Positions 54,685-64,000 are shown, counted from the first letter of the stretch. The stretch is 64,000 bases of DNA from an uncultured Candidatus Micrarchaeota archaeon (GCA_963714085.1 OY970229.1:896001-960000), one strand, 5' to 3'. Translations and numbers: made by a program. The notes: generated by a model from the sequence alone, not told the origin.

Positions 54685-55074
54685 CTATTTCTTGTTGATG
54701 CTCATGATCCCGACCCAGATGCCGTTGGGATCCTTCACCAAAGCCATGGAGCGTTCCTTTCCTTCGAACGGCCCCATCGCTACCGGTGCGCCGCTCTTAA
54801 CCAACTTGTCGAACGCCTTCTTGAAATCCTTGACCTGGAACATGAGGTGGTCGAGCTCCACCCCGTCTTTCTTGTACGGGGTGTAGAGCTTGCAGCTCTT
54901 GGTGTAATGCATGATGTTCATGCGCACGCCGGTGTCAGGGCTGACCAGGCTCACGATCGTCTCTCCGGGCCAGTGGCTCCTCGTGCCCGTGACCTTCATG
55001 CCCATCAGCTTGGTATAGAAAGCCAGGGTCTTCTTCAGGTCGTTAGCCCGTATGCTAGTATAGATTAGTCCCAT
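54685..55074 (-). CDS. VOC/glyoxalase family protein
   Basis: DLKKTLAFYTKLMGM, LDHLMFQV, KDPNGIWV. Confidence 0.9.
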   Translation of the reverse strand: MGLIYTSIRANDLKKTLAFYTKLMGMKVTGTRSHWPGETIVSLVSPDTGVRMNIMHYTKSCKLYTPYKKDGVELDHLMFQVKDFKKAFDKLVKSGAPVAMGPFEGKERSMALVKDPNGIWVGIMSINKK

Positions 55075-55185
55075 ATTCTCACTGCTCTTAATCAGCCGCG
55101 AATATTTTTATATTTTTCGTGCCGCGTGCCTCTCCGCTAAAAGAAAACCCATCATTAGCCCGGGCTCCCTGCGGGCAGGCTAATG

Positions 55186-55201
55186 TTGTCAGACCGCGCA
55201 T
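55186..55201 (+). repeat. Left copy of a 16-bp direct repeat flanking the ROK gene
   Basis: TTGTCAGACCGCGCAT; partner at 56599-56614. Confidence 0.75.
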
Positions 55202-55245
55202 TCCGTAGACATCTGTTTTATAAAAGTTACTAACCATACGGATAT

Positions 55246-56568
55246 ATGGTGCTAATTATGACCAAAGCTACAAGAAAAGACTTCGGCATAGATTACGGTG
55301 GAACGAGTGTACGGATCGGACCTGTTGACCGCAGCAGCGGCAGACTGACCGACAAGGTAATAACCATGGATTCACGGCAATTCCGCACCAACGAAAGCCT
55401 TACCAGAGCCATCCGCGACCTGCTGCCTCCAAAGTGCAATGTTTTTACTGGCGCAGCGGGCAAGATCGAAGGGCTGCAGATCAAACATTCCCCGAATTCT
55501 TCCATAGTCGGGCCAGTGACATTTCCGGAAGACCTGAAGCGCGACGGCTATCACGTCGCGCTTGTCAACGACATGGGCGCTGCCATTAGCGCAGTAGTCC
55601 TATGGGGGCCCGGAAGAGGCCGCAGGGTGTCGGCCGTCGGCACGTACTCCTCTGGCTCCAATTTCGCAGTATATCGTGAAAATCTTCTGATTCAGATGGA
55701 GGCCAGCCATATGCAGGGGCCTGCTGTAGCCGGCTGGCCGGATAAGGTCCCCATCTCCGCCCAGGTGTGGCAATACTGTTTCAGGAGAGACGTGGACTTC
55801 AGCTCTGCCACGGTGGCAATGCAAGGCATGGAAGCTTACAATTCAAAGCACAGTCCAGCAGAGTTAGCGCGATTTGGATTGCATCCTCTGACAATGGAAG
55901 ATTTGGCCACACAGGACGGTCTTGCGCGTGCACTGTTCGCTTTGGACACCTATCCCGACCACATTGTGTTAAACGAGAGGACTCTCAGCGCCGCAGAACT
56001 CGCTTCAGATAAGCGCTTCTTCTGTGGTTGCGGAGGCCAAGGGCATTTGGAACCCCTTGTCACTGGCAATGGAGCTGCCTGGATGGCCCAGCGCCATTTC
56101 CTGTTGAATCGCGCACCTGGTCACAAAATCATGCTCATGGCGCTTGCGGATTATAATAAAAAATTCGGAACGGATATCGCCTTCTCCAGCCTTAGAGACG
56201 ATTCCATCTATCCTGTAATCGTCAGCCATATCTCAGCTAAACACATATATGAAGCATACCGGCTGGCTCCGGAAGAAATGCCGCAGGCATTCATCAGGGA
56301 CACGCAGGTCAACATGATAGCGGCTTCGATCGGCATTCTTGCATCCTACCATATGCCCGAAGTGCTGGTGTGCATGGGAAGCATGACAAATGATTGGGAT
56401 ATCATATTCGAGCCCGCGATAGCGCTGATAACCCCGGGTTCCCCTGTGCATAAGCCAGGTTATTATTACTTCGACGCCGTTACGCCGCCCGAGGTTCTAA
56501 AGAACGATATCAAAGAACTGGGGCTCGTCGGTGCCGTGGCTTACGGGGTTATGCAGGAAAAACGCTGA
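55246..56568 (+). CDS. ROK-family (sugar kinase-like) protein with a large internal insertion
   Basis: IDYGGTSVR, LVNDMGAA, EASH, CGCGGQGHLE, LGLVGA. TTTTATAAAA 30 nt upstream. Confidence 0.8.
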   Translation: MVLIMTKATRKDFGIDYGGTSVRIGPVDRSSGRLTDKVITMDSRQFRTNESLTRAIRDLLPPKCNVFTGAAGKIEGLQIKHSPNSSIVGPVTFPEDLKRDGYHVALVNDMGAAISAVVLWGPGRGRRVSAVGTYSSGSNFAVYRENLLIQMEASHMQGPAVAGWPDKVPISAQVWQYCFRRDVDFSSATVAMQGMEAYNSKHSPAELARFGLHPLTMEDLATQDGLARALFALDTYPDHIVLNERTLSAAELASDKRFFCGCGGQGHLEPLVTGNGAAWMAQRHFLLNRAPGHKIMLMALADYNKKFGTDIAFSSLRDDSIYPVIVSHISAKHIYEAYRLAPEEMPQAFIRDTQVNMIAASIGILASYHMPEVLVCMGSMTNDWDIIFEPAIALITPGSPVHKPGYYYFDAVTPPEVLKNDIKELGLVGAVAYGVMQEKR

Positions 56569-56684
56569 GCAGCATCCCAGATTCTTCTCCTTAAAGGTTT
56601 GTCAGACCGCACATCAATCTTCATCGTTTCGTCCGTGGCTTTTAAGGGCTTAGGGACTAGCTCGGTGATCACCGTGGTCATCAT
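56541..56684 (-). CDS. Possible small leaderless ORF (47 aa)
   Basis: MMTTVITELVPKPLKATDETMKIDVRSDK...; TTAAATA begins 31 nt upstream; crosses the right repeat copy. Confidence 0.3.
   Translation of the reverse strand: MMTTVITELVPKPLKATDETMKIDVRSDKPLRRRIWDAAQRFSCITP
56599..56614 (+). repeat. Right copy of the 16-bp direct repeat flanking the ROK gene
   Basis: TTGTCAGACCGCACAT (15/16 identical to the left copy). Confidence 0.75.
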
Positions 56685-56804
56685 CCATAACCATTATGCC
56701 CGCCACAATATTTAAGGCGTTCGCTTGGGCCGCGGCATCGCTCCATGCTGCCCGCACGGCCCCCGGCTAGGTATTAATCCCTTTCCCCGCAATAACATCC
56801 AACG

Positions 56805-59102
56805 ATGATAAAGTCCATCCGGCTTCTCAACTGGCGCTCGCACGCTGACACGAAACTCGAGTTCAGCGAAGGCGCCAACCTGCTCATAGGCCACATGGGC
56901 GCTGGCAAGAGCTCGGTGATGGACGCCATCTCCTTCGCGCTGTTCGGCACTTTCCCCGCGCTCGAGCGCAGGAAGCTGAAGCTCCAGGACGTCTTCAGGC
57001 TGAACGAGGACAAGGCGTCCGTGATCCTGGAGTTCGCATGCAACGGCTCGGACTACACGGTGGAGCGCACGCTCACGAAGGGGAAATCCAGGGTGGAATC
57101 CGAGGCGCGGCTCTTCCGCGGCTCTTCGATGCTCGAGAGCGGGCCGGAGCCCGTGAAATCCTACATCTCCGGACTGTTGGCAGTGGACTACGACCTCTTC
57201 ACCCGCGCCATCTACTCGGAACAGAACAACATAGACTATTTCCTCAGCCTCGACCCGCGCAGGCGCAAGGAGGAGCTGGACGCGCTCCTTGGGCTGGACA
57301 GGTTCGAGACCGCCAGGCAGAACGCGGTCTCCGTCATAAACAGGATGAGGTCCGAGAAAAAGATGCTGGACGGGACGTTCAGCCAGGAGGCGCTGGAAAA
57401 GACGAGGAAGGATCATGCGGAGCAGAAGGAGCTGCTCGTGTCTCTGGGCGCTGCGCTCGCATCCGCCTCGCTGCAGGAGGAAACTGCGAAGAAGTCTCTC
57501 CAGGAGGCCGAGAAGGCGCTATCCGCGCTCGCGCTCAAGAAGGAGGGCCACGAGCGTCTCTCCAAGGAGAAGATGAGGCTGGAAGTCCTCTCAGGCCAGC
57601 TCAGGGCCGAGCTGGAGGGAAAGCCCTTTGACAGCGGGGCGCACGCACGGGCGAAGGCGTCGCTCTCCGAGAAAAGGCAGGCCCTGGAATCCGGCAAATC
57701 AGGGCTCAAGGCGATCGACACCGGCTTATCCGACCTCTCCAGGCGCGCGGGTTTCGCGAAAGCCAGGCTGGAGCAGGCGCTGCGCGCCAGCAAGGAGCTG
57801 GAAGCGAGGGGGAACGAGCTCTCATCGCTGCTCGAAGGGAAAAACGCAGCGGAGATGGAGTCCACGCTCCGCTCGGCGGAGAACGAGTGCCTCGTCCTTG
57901 CGTCGGAGCAGAAGTCCCTGCTCTCGTCCATAAAGGACACGGAGGAGCTGGTCCGCGGCCTCAAGCCGGGCGCGTCCGAGTGCCCGGTGTGCGGCGGCCC
58001 GCTCGGAGAGAGCGGCATCGAGCACGTGATCAAGGAGAAGAAGGCGCGTGCCGCGGACATGCACGAGCGCGCGAAGGCGCTTGACAAACCGCTGGCGGAC
58101 AAGAGGAAACTCGCCTCCGACCTCTCGCTCAGGCTGAAGCGGCTCTCGTCGCTGCAGGACGCTCTGTCCAGGCTGGAGAAGGAGGCCTCGGGGAGCGCGG
58201 CAGCGGAATCCGAGCTCAAGGAGCTGGGCGCGAAGCTGTCCTTTGAGCAGGAGGCGAAAACTGCGCTGGAAGGCGGGCTCGCTGTCCTTGCCCAGGAGGT
58301 CCAGTACCTGCTGCTCGAATGCAGCCGCATGGAGGAGCTGATGGCCAAGAAAACCAGGCTCACGGAAGCGGAGAAGGCGCTCGCCATCGCCACGGAGCAG
58401 CTCTCCGCGCTCGGATTCGACCCGCTCGAGCACGAGGCGCGCAGGAAATCCGCAGAAGAGGCGCGGCTCGCCCTCGACCGCGCGCTGAACGGCCGCAAAT
58501 CGTTGGAATTGCAATTCTCGATGAACAAGGCGGCCGGAGAGAAGCTGGAGAAGGAGCTCGCGCGGCTGGAGCAGGCGAGGAAGGGTTCGGAACGCTGCGC
58601 AAGGCTCGAGGAGCAGCTCACGATCTACCGGGACGCGCTGCTGGACACCCAGGCCTCCCTGCGTTCCGAGCTCGCGGCGGCCATAAACTCGGCCATGGCG
58701 GAGGTCTGGCCCATATTCTATCCTTACCGGAATTATCCCTCAATAAGGCTCAGCGCCACAGAAAAGGATTATCTCATAGAGATAGAGGACCGTTCATTGT
58801 GGAAGCCGCTGGAATCCGTGGCGTCCGGAGGGGAGCGTGCATGCGCGGCGCTCACCATCCGCGTCGCCCTCGCCGCGGTCCTCACGCCCAACCTCTCGTG
58901 GCTGGTGCTCGACGAGCCTACCCACAACCTGGACGCAGAAGCAGTCCGGCTGCTCTCCGACACGTTGCAGACCAGGGTGCCTGACGTGGTGAAGCAGACA
59001 TTCGTCATAACTCACGAGGAGGGGCTGATCGGCGCGGACTTCTCTTCGGCGTACCGTCTGAAGAGGGATGAAACCGGGCCTACCAAAGCCGAAAAAATCT
59101 GA
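56805..59102 (+). CDS. rad50: Rad50/SbcC-like SMC ATPase
   Basis: Walker A GHMGAGKSS, coiled coil, zinc hook CPVC, signature ASGGE, Walker B LDEPT, H-loop ITH. Confidence 0.9.
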   Translation: MIKSIRLLNWRSHADTKLEFSEGANLLIGHMGAGKSSVMDAISFALFGTFPALERRKLKLQDVFRLNEDKASVILEFACNGSDYTVERTLTKGKSRVESEARLFRGSSMLESGPEPVKSYISGLLAVDYDLFTRAIYSEQNNIDYFLSLDPRRRKEELDALLGLDRFETARQNAVSVINRMRSEKKMLDGTFSQEALEKTRKDHAEQKELLVSLGAALASASLQEETAKKSLQEAEKALSALALKKEGHERLSKEKMRLEVLSGQLRAELEGKPFDSGAHARAKASLSEKRQALESGKSGLKAIDTGLSDLSRRAGFAKARLEQALRASKELEARGNELSSLLEGKNAAEMESTLRSAENECLVLASEQKSLLSSIKDTEELVRGLKPGASECPVCGGPLGESGIEHVIKEKKARAADMHERAKALDKPLADKRKLASDLSLRLKRLSSLQDALSRLEKEASGSAAAESELKELGAKLSFEQEAKTALEGGLAVLAQEVQYLLLECSRMEELMAKKTRLTEAEKALAIATEQLSALGFDPLEHEARRKSAEEARLALDRALNGRKSLELQFSMNKAAGEKLEKELARLEQARKGSERCARLEEQLTIYRDALLDTQASLRSELAAAINSAMAEVWPIFYPYRNYPSIRLSATEKDYLIEIEDRSLWKPLESVASGGERACAALTIRVALAAVLTPNLSWLVLDEPTHNLDAEAVRLLSDTLQTRVPDVVKQTFVITHEEGLIGADFSSAYRLKRDETGPTKAEKI

Positions 59103-59105
59103 TAA

Positions 59106-59990
59106 TCAGCTGAATATCTCGGTCTCGAGCCTGTCGGTTATCTCGAGCGCTTCCTTCGCCGGGGCGCCCGTCTTCTCCATGTACCATTCGACGCAGGCCT
59201 GCTCGTTCGCCGCGTGGTAGGTGGCTATCGCCAGGTACCTGTCCTCAGCGCCCATCATGCCTAGCGCGAAGAGGTACTGCATCAGGGACTTGAACTCCTC
59301 AACGCAGAAGGAGCGCTTCCTGGTGGCGCGCAAGCCCCTCAGGTCGGTGAATTTGATGCCGTCGTTCTTGATGAGCACGGAGTTGAGCGTGAACTTCCCC
59401 AGCACCAGGCGCCTGGAATGCAGCGCCGCTAGGTTGTTTATTATCATGTCGCAGAGGTCCCTCTTCTGCTCCGGCCCGAGGGAGTCGGACTCCACGAAGT
59501 TTATGTTGTCGTGCCTTGCGAGCCTCCGGTCGAAGCACCAGGCGGTCTGCTCCACCTTGGAGATCACGTAGGCGCTGCCGAGCACGGTCACCATCCAGCC
59601 CACGATGTTCTCGAGCCCTGCCTGGACCTTTGAATAGGCGTTGTAGAGCGCCCTCGCAATGTCCTTGGTGGTCTTCCTGAATATGTAGACGACGTTCCCG
59701 TGAGCGAGGGACACGGTGTCGATGCCATCCCTGGCGTTGAGCATGTGGATCTCGCCCAGGGTCTCGCCCTGCCTGAATTCAAGCACCTTGGCCCTGATGT
59801 TCTCGCATTTCGTGTCCTTCCAGGTATGCTCAAGGGTGATCGTGTCGTTGCTCCGGCTCGTCCTGGTGGACACCGGCACCTCTTTCGTGAACTGGGGCAG
59901 GCCCTGCTCCTCCTTCTTCTCTGCGTCGAGCTCCAGCCTCCTCTCTCCTGCATCGGGAACATGGACTTCCGCGTACTCTGTTTTCTTCAT
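59106..59990 (-). CDS. Hypothetical protein with degenerate protein-kinase-like C-lobe
   Basis: LAALHSRRLVLGKFTLNSVLI...IKFTDLR resembles kinase subdomains VI-VII. Confidence 0.6.
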   Translation of the reverse strand: MKKTEYAEVHVPDAGERRLELDAEKKEEQGLPQFTKEVPVSTRTSRSNDTITLEHTWKDTKCENIRAKVLEFRQGETLGEIHMLNARDGIDTVSLAHGNVVYIFRKTTKDIARALYNAYSKVQAGLENIVGWMVTVLGSAYVISKVEQTAWCFDRRLARHDNINFVESDSLGPEQKRDLCDMIINNLAALHSRRLVLGKFTLNSVLIKNDGIKFTDLRGLRATRKRSFCVEEFKSLMQYLFALGMMGAEDRYLAIATYHAANEQACVEWYMEKTGAPAKEALEITDRLETEIFS

Positions 59991-60093
59991 GGGTGCAATC
60001 CTCTGGATTACCCTGGTCCCCCCTTTCGTAACACTATATTATAGCGCAAAACTCTATTTAAACATATGTCTTGTAGTCTTTCATTGATAACAC

Positions 60094-60978
60094 ATGGACG
60101 TAGAAGACCTCAAGAGCGGCAGGCATGATTACCTCTCCACCGGATTCCAGGCCACGAACGTCGGCAGGGCCATTGAGCTGATCAAGCGCATGAAGGAGGA
60201 GAAAGCGACGGTGTTCCTCTCGTTCACCGCGAACATGGTGGCCAGCGGGCTAAGAGGCGTGTTCGCCGAGATGTGCAGGCGCAGGTTCGTCAACGTGGTC
60301 ATCACCACGGGCGGTTCCCTGGACCACGACGTCATACGCACCAAGATGGATTACGGGGTCGGCGATTTCACCATGGACGACGCCGCGCTCCACAAGAAGG
60401 GCGTGAACCGCCTCGGCAACGTCCTGATAAAGAACGAATGCTACGAATTCCTGGAAAAGGCGGTCCGGCCGGTCTTCGAGCGCCTCTACAACGACGAGGT
60501 GGTCACCTCGCCGAGCTCGGTCGCGGCCGCGCTCGGCTCTTCAGTTTCCGACAAGGGTTCTTTCCTCTATTGGTGCTCGAAGAACAGGATTCCCGTGTTC
60601 TCCCCAGGCATAACCGACTCCGCCATCGGCCTCCAGACGTATTTCTTCAAGCAGAGGCACCCGGATTTCGGCATAGATGTGACCAAGGACATGAAATCGC
60701 TCGCCGACATAGCGCTGAACGCGGACAGGACCGGAGCCATCGTGCTCGGCGGCGGCATATCCAAGCACCACACCATAGGGGTGAACCTGCTACGCGGAGG
60801 CCTGGATTACGCGGTCTACGTCACTACGTCGTCTCCTTGGGACGGCTCGCTCTCCGGCGCCCGCACCAACGAGGCGGTGTCCTGGGGCAAGATCTCTGAG
60901 AAGGCGAGGCACGTCACCGTGGACTGCGACGCGACCATCGCGTTACCGCTCATAATGGAGAAATTCTTGGGTGATTGA
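60094..60978 (+). CDS. dys: Deoxyhypusine synthase
   Basis: GFQATN, NRLGNV, PGITDSAIG, GGGISKHH, DGSLSGARTNEAVSWGK, DATIALP. Confidence 0.96.
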   Translation: MDVEDLKSGRHDYLSTGFQATNVGRAIELIKRMKEEKATVFLSFTANMVASGLRGVFAEMCRRRFVNVVITTGGSLDHDVIRTKMDYGVGDFTMDDAALHKKGVNRLGNVLIKNECYEFLEKAVRPVFERLYNDEVVTSPSSVAAALGSSVSDKGSFLYWCSKNRIPVFSPGITDSAIGLQTYFFKQRHPDFGIDVTKDMKSLADIALNADRTGAIVLGGGISKHHTIGVNLLRGGLDYAVYVTTSSPWDGSLSGARTNEAVSWGKISEKARHVTVDCDATIALPLIMEKFLGD

Positions 60979-61525
60979 CTTGATAAGCATCATGGCTATG
61001 GCGGCGCTGCTTTTCTGCGCAGGCCTCACCGTCAAGGCGGTGGACTGGATAGACGACGAGAGGAATGGCAAGAACCTGCTGAAATGGCCCATGGCAGTGC
61101 TCTACGGGGCGTTGCTCGGCTATCTAATATCCGAATCTGCCATCGCCATGCTGCTCCTGGGCGCCCTGTTCGCGCAGGTCTTCGCCAGGAAGATCGACAC
61201 CCACACCCACGTGCTCGGGTTCGCGATAGCCATGCTCTCGCCGTTCGTGCTCGGCTTCCCGCAGTTCGACCCGCTGCTCTTCGTGCTCTTCGCCCTGCTC
61301 GCGTTCGTGGACGAGATGGTGTTCGTCGGGAAGCTGGGCTGGCTCACGGAGCACAGGGTGTTCCTGATCCTGGGCTCAGCGCTGCTCATACCGTTCTACG
61401 GCTTCGCCTACTTCGTGGGCATACTGGCGTTCGACGTCGGCTACGTGCTCTTCAGCTGGGTCGCCAGGCGTCTGGTCCCGGCGCCCGGGCCTTCGAGGCG
61501 CCGCCCCGCGCCGTCAGCCTTTTAA
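60971..61525 (+). CDS. Conserved-type archaeal membrane protein
   Basis: Multiple TMs; K.VD..DD and KIDT..H motifs; overlaps the dys stop. Confidence 0.75.
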   Translation: MIDLISIMAMAALLFCAGLTVKAVDWIDDERNGKNLLKWPMAVLYGALLGYLISESAIAMLLLGALFAQVFARKIDTHTHVLGFAIAMLSPFVLGFPQFDPLLFVLFALLAFVDEMVFVGKLGWLTEHRVFLILGSALLIPFYGFAYFVGILAFDVGYVLFSWVARRLVPAPGPSRRRPAPSAF

Positions 61526-61549
61526 TCCAAAACCAGCACAATACCACAT

Positions 61550-62479
61550 ATGGATGACCTGGATTTCGCGGTACGCTACCCTTTTTCTCCAGAAGCCAAG
61601 GCTGCGCTTGATTCCAGGGCGACCCAGCTCAACGAGTCCATCGTGCTCATGGGGTCCGAGAGGATAAGGCGGGCGTTGAAGGGCGAGTCCGGCAGGAGCG
61701 CAGCGCTGCACGAGAGCGACAAGATAAACGAGATCGCGTCCTTCGCAGCAGCCCGCATGCTGCTCGCGTTCCTGAACAACAGGTTCATCACCAACAAGTT
61801 CGCGGTCTCGGAATCCAAGCGCGTGAGCGCGTACCTGGACAGCGAGAGGGACGAGTCCGTGATAATCCGCGTCGGGCACGAGCTGGGGTTCGTTGCCGAG
61901 AAGCAGGGCGCCTCCTATCTGGTCCCCATCCCGGTGTACCTGATGTTCTGCAGGCGCGACCCGAATTACAAGCTCATAAACCGCGAGATCAGCAACGGCA
62001 GGGTACTGGTGAACCAGCACGAGCGGGTGAGGCTGATGGAGGAGGCGGCGAGGAAGCGGATAGAACGCGTTCCTCTTCTCAAGGACCCGCCGAAGATCGT
62101 GGCCGATGCCGGCAAGAGGCTCGTCGCCGAGCTACCGAAAAGCGACCTTCCCCAGATACAGGTGAAGCCAGGGGATTACCCGCCGTGCATAATCAAGCTC
62201 CTCGACAGCGTGAAGAAGCACGAGAACCTCAACCACCAGGCCAGGTGGCTGCTCTGCGTCTACCTCATGGCCGCGGGCCTGAGCGACGAGGAGATAATCG
62301 GGCTGTATTCCAATCTTCCGGACTTCTCCGAGAGGATAACCACCTACCAGGTGCAGCACGCCAGGAAAAAGGGGTACACCGTCCCGGCGTGCGCGACCAT
62401 AACGACTTGGGGCTTCTGCTGCGCCGACTGCAGGATCGGCTCGCCGCTCTACTGGCGCGGGAAGGGAGTTTCCAAATGA
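61550..62479 (+). CDS. priL: DNA primase large subunit
   Basis: RYPFSPEAK, YKLINR....GRV, YPPCI, H.AR, DFSERITTYQV.H, PAC..I...CCADC. Confidence 0.92.
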   Translation: MDDLDFAVRYPFSPEAKAALDSRATQLNESIVLMGSERIRRALKGESGRSAALHESDKINEIASFAAARMLLAFLNNRFITNKFAVSESKRVSAYLDSERDESVIIRVGHELGFVAEKQGASYLVPIPVYLMFCRRDPNYKLINREISNGRVLVNQHERVRLMEEAARKRIERVPLLKDPPKIVADAGKRLVAELPKSDLPQIQVKPGDYPPCIIKLLDSVKKHENLNHQARWLLCVYLMAAGLSDEEIIGLYSNLPDFSERITTYQVQHARKKGYTVPACATITTWGFCCADCRIGSPLYWRGKGVSK

Positions 62480-63570
62480 ACGCCAATGAAATCGTGCTGG
62501 CCACGTTCCGCAAATACTACGAGAACGCGGAATTCGACATCCCCTCCATAGAGCAGAGGGAGTTCGGCATAGGCAACAGGAAGAAGATAGACTCCAGGCA
62601 CCTGAATTTCGCCAGCACGGCCGAGTTCAGGAGCTATCTGGTGTCCAACACGCCGCTGTTCGTCTCCTTCTCCACTGGCTATTACCGCTATCCCGGGGCG
62701 ACCCCGATGCAGAAGAAGGTGTGGACCGGGGCTGACCTGGTCTTCGACCTTGACATCCACGCGGAAGGCAAATACGGGGCATATGCGTTATTGGACAAGG
62801 TCAAAGCGGACGCGATACGGCTCATGGACATGCTGAAGGACGATTTCGGCATCTCCGGGAAGGAGATCCACGTGAACTTCTCCGGCAACCGGGGCTACCA
62901 CGTCCACGTCCGGGACAGGTCGTATCTCGAGATCGGGTCGGACGAGCGCAAGGAGATCGTCGACTACATAATGGGCATCGGGCTGGATTATCGGGCTTTC
63001 TTCGAGCCTGACTCCAAAAGGCCCAACGACAGGATAGAGCGCGGTCCCAGGCCAGACGAATGCGGCTACCGGGGCAGGTTCAGCCGCGCGGTGATAACGG
63101 AACTTGAAAACGATCCGAAGTCCCTATCGCGCGTTTTCGCGAAAGAGGAGACGAGGAAGCGCCTCATCGACGGCATAACGGCCGGGAACTGGAACAGCCA
63201 GCCGTTCAAGGTCAATGATTTCCTCGGCCGGCTCGCGCCGATTGCGGCGAAACTCGGATTGTCCAGCGTTAACACGGACGCGGGCGTGACCCAGGACCTC
63301 TCCAAGCTCATAAGGGTGCCGGAGTCCGTGCACGGCGACACCGGCCTGATCGCCAAGAAAGTGAGCGATATCAACAAGTTCGAGCCGTTCAGGGACGCGA
63401 TGCTGCCCGGGCCTAGCGGATCGTTGAGACTCAAGTTTATAGAAGACGTTCCTCAATTGGTTCTGGCGGGCGAGAGCGTCGGACCGTTCAAGAAAGACGA
63501 GGAAAAAGAATTCGAAAAATCCGCTGCCCTTTTCTATGTGCTCAAGGGCAGCGCGGAAATAAAGGAATAA
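62476..63570 (+). CDS. priS: DNA primase small subunit
   Basis: Start corrected to ATG 62476 (ATGA overlap); REFG, ADLVFDLD, FSGNRGYHVHV, LIRVPESVHG.TG. Confidence 0.95.
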   Translation: MNANEIVLATFRKYYENAEFDIPSIEQREFGIGNRKKIDSRHLNFASTAEFRSYLVSNTPLFVSFSTGYYRYPGATPMQKKVWTGADLVFDLDIHAEGKYGAYALLDKVKADAIRLMDMLKDDFGISGKEIHVNFSGNRGYHVHVRDRSYLEIGSDERKEIVDYIMGIGLDYRAFFEPDSKRPNDRIERGPRPDECGYRGRFSRAVITELENDPKSLSRVFAKEETRKRLIDGITAGNWNSQPFKVNDFLGRLAPIAAKLGLSSVNTDAGVTQDLSKLIRVPESVHGDTGLIAKKVSDINKFEPFRDAMLPGPSGSLRLKFIEDVPQLVLAGESVGPFKKDEEKEFEKSAALFYVLKGSAEIKE

Positions 63571-63571
63571 A

Positions 63572-63970
63572 CTATTTCTTGTCCGACTTCTTCGGCATCT
63601 GTATCCTCTGCGGGAGGTACGGGGCCGCGAGCCCGAGCACCCTGGCCACCAGCGTGCCGTTGACAGAGCCCGAATAGTTCACGGTGGTCAGGATGCTGTC
63701 GGCATAGCCCTCCGGCAGCCTGTGGTTCCTGTCCCACTCGTTCTTTATCTGGTCCGCGAGCTTCTTCTCCTCCTTGGCGTATAGGATGCCCTTTATGGTG
63801 ATGTAGCCTATCTTATCCTCGTAGTTGGCCGTGTACTGGTATCTCAGCTCAATGTCCCCGCCTTCGACCTTGACGTCCATTATGGAGATGTCGACATTAA
63901 GGTTGGTGTATCCTTCCGTCTTGTCCTTTTTGCTCGACACTTCGAGTATCCTCTCTCCTGTTATTGGCAT
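63572..63970 (-). CDS. Conserved hypothetical archaeal protein
   Basis: 132-aa ORF with SD AGGAGG and typical codon usage; no functional motif recognised. Confidence 0.75.
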   Translation of the reverse strand: MPITGERILEVSSKKDKTEGYTNLNVDISIMDVKVEGGDIELRYQYTANYEDKIGYITIKGILYAKEEKKLADQIKNEWDRNHRLPEGYADSILTTVNYSGSVNGTLVARVLGLAAPYLPQRIQMPKKSDKK

Positions 63971-64000
63971 ATTTATCCCTCCTTGATTCGTGGAATACGT

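Noticed and set aside
55146..55201. Hairpin as an integron attC site
   Set aside because: No RYYYAAC/GTTRRRY pair, no matching structure at the second repeat, and no integrase.
56615..56800. GC-rich intergenic stems as a tRNA
   Set aside because: No cloverleaf, T-loop GTTC motif or acceptor stem could be built.

Overview
GC-rich archaeal chromosomal segment. GatDE, separate PriL/PriS genes, deoxyhypusine synthase, class III signal peptides and TATA boxes ~30 nt before many start codons point to an archaeon; the added bacterial-type gyrase and overall gene style suggest a Micrarchaeota/DPANN-like lineage (inference). Content in order: gyrBA; gatDE; a type IV pilus locus (2 major pilins, 2 TadB/C, ATPase, vWA adhesin, 4 minor pilins, repeat-expanded KaiC-like ATPase); pckA; ogg; an ArsR-thioredoxin-ArsP unit; a SOD/thioredoxin/FTR/cupredoxin redox operon; trpD; tspO; a leuA/cimA-like gene; a 1570-aa membrane-anchored S8 protease; an ABC exporter; M1 peptidase; a TrpY-like regulator divergent from trpGE; mgtA; a truncated CysRS-like gene; a repeat-flanked ROK gene; rad50; dys; priL/priS. 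I saw no rRNA, tRNA, CRISPR array, transposase or integrase. The best finding is an unannotated, apparently leaderless 22-codon ORF ending in five consecutive Leu codons (MQAMSGKISSNSITLSLLLLLA*). It lies directly upstream of the leuA-like gene and is followed by a sequence complementary to the leuA Shine-Dalgarno, making it a candidate leucine-sensing attenuator in an archaeon. Several starts in the supplied ORF track were corrected using SD/TATA position and family N-termini. All functional calls come from motif recognition by eye, with no database searches.
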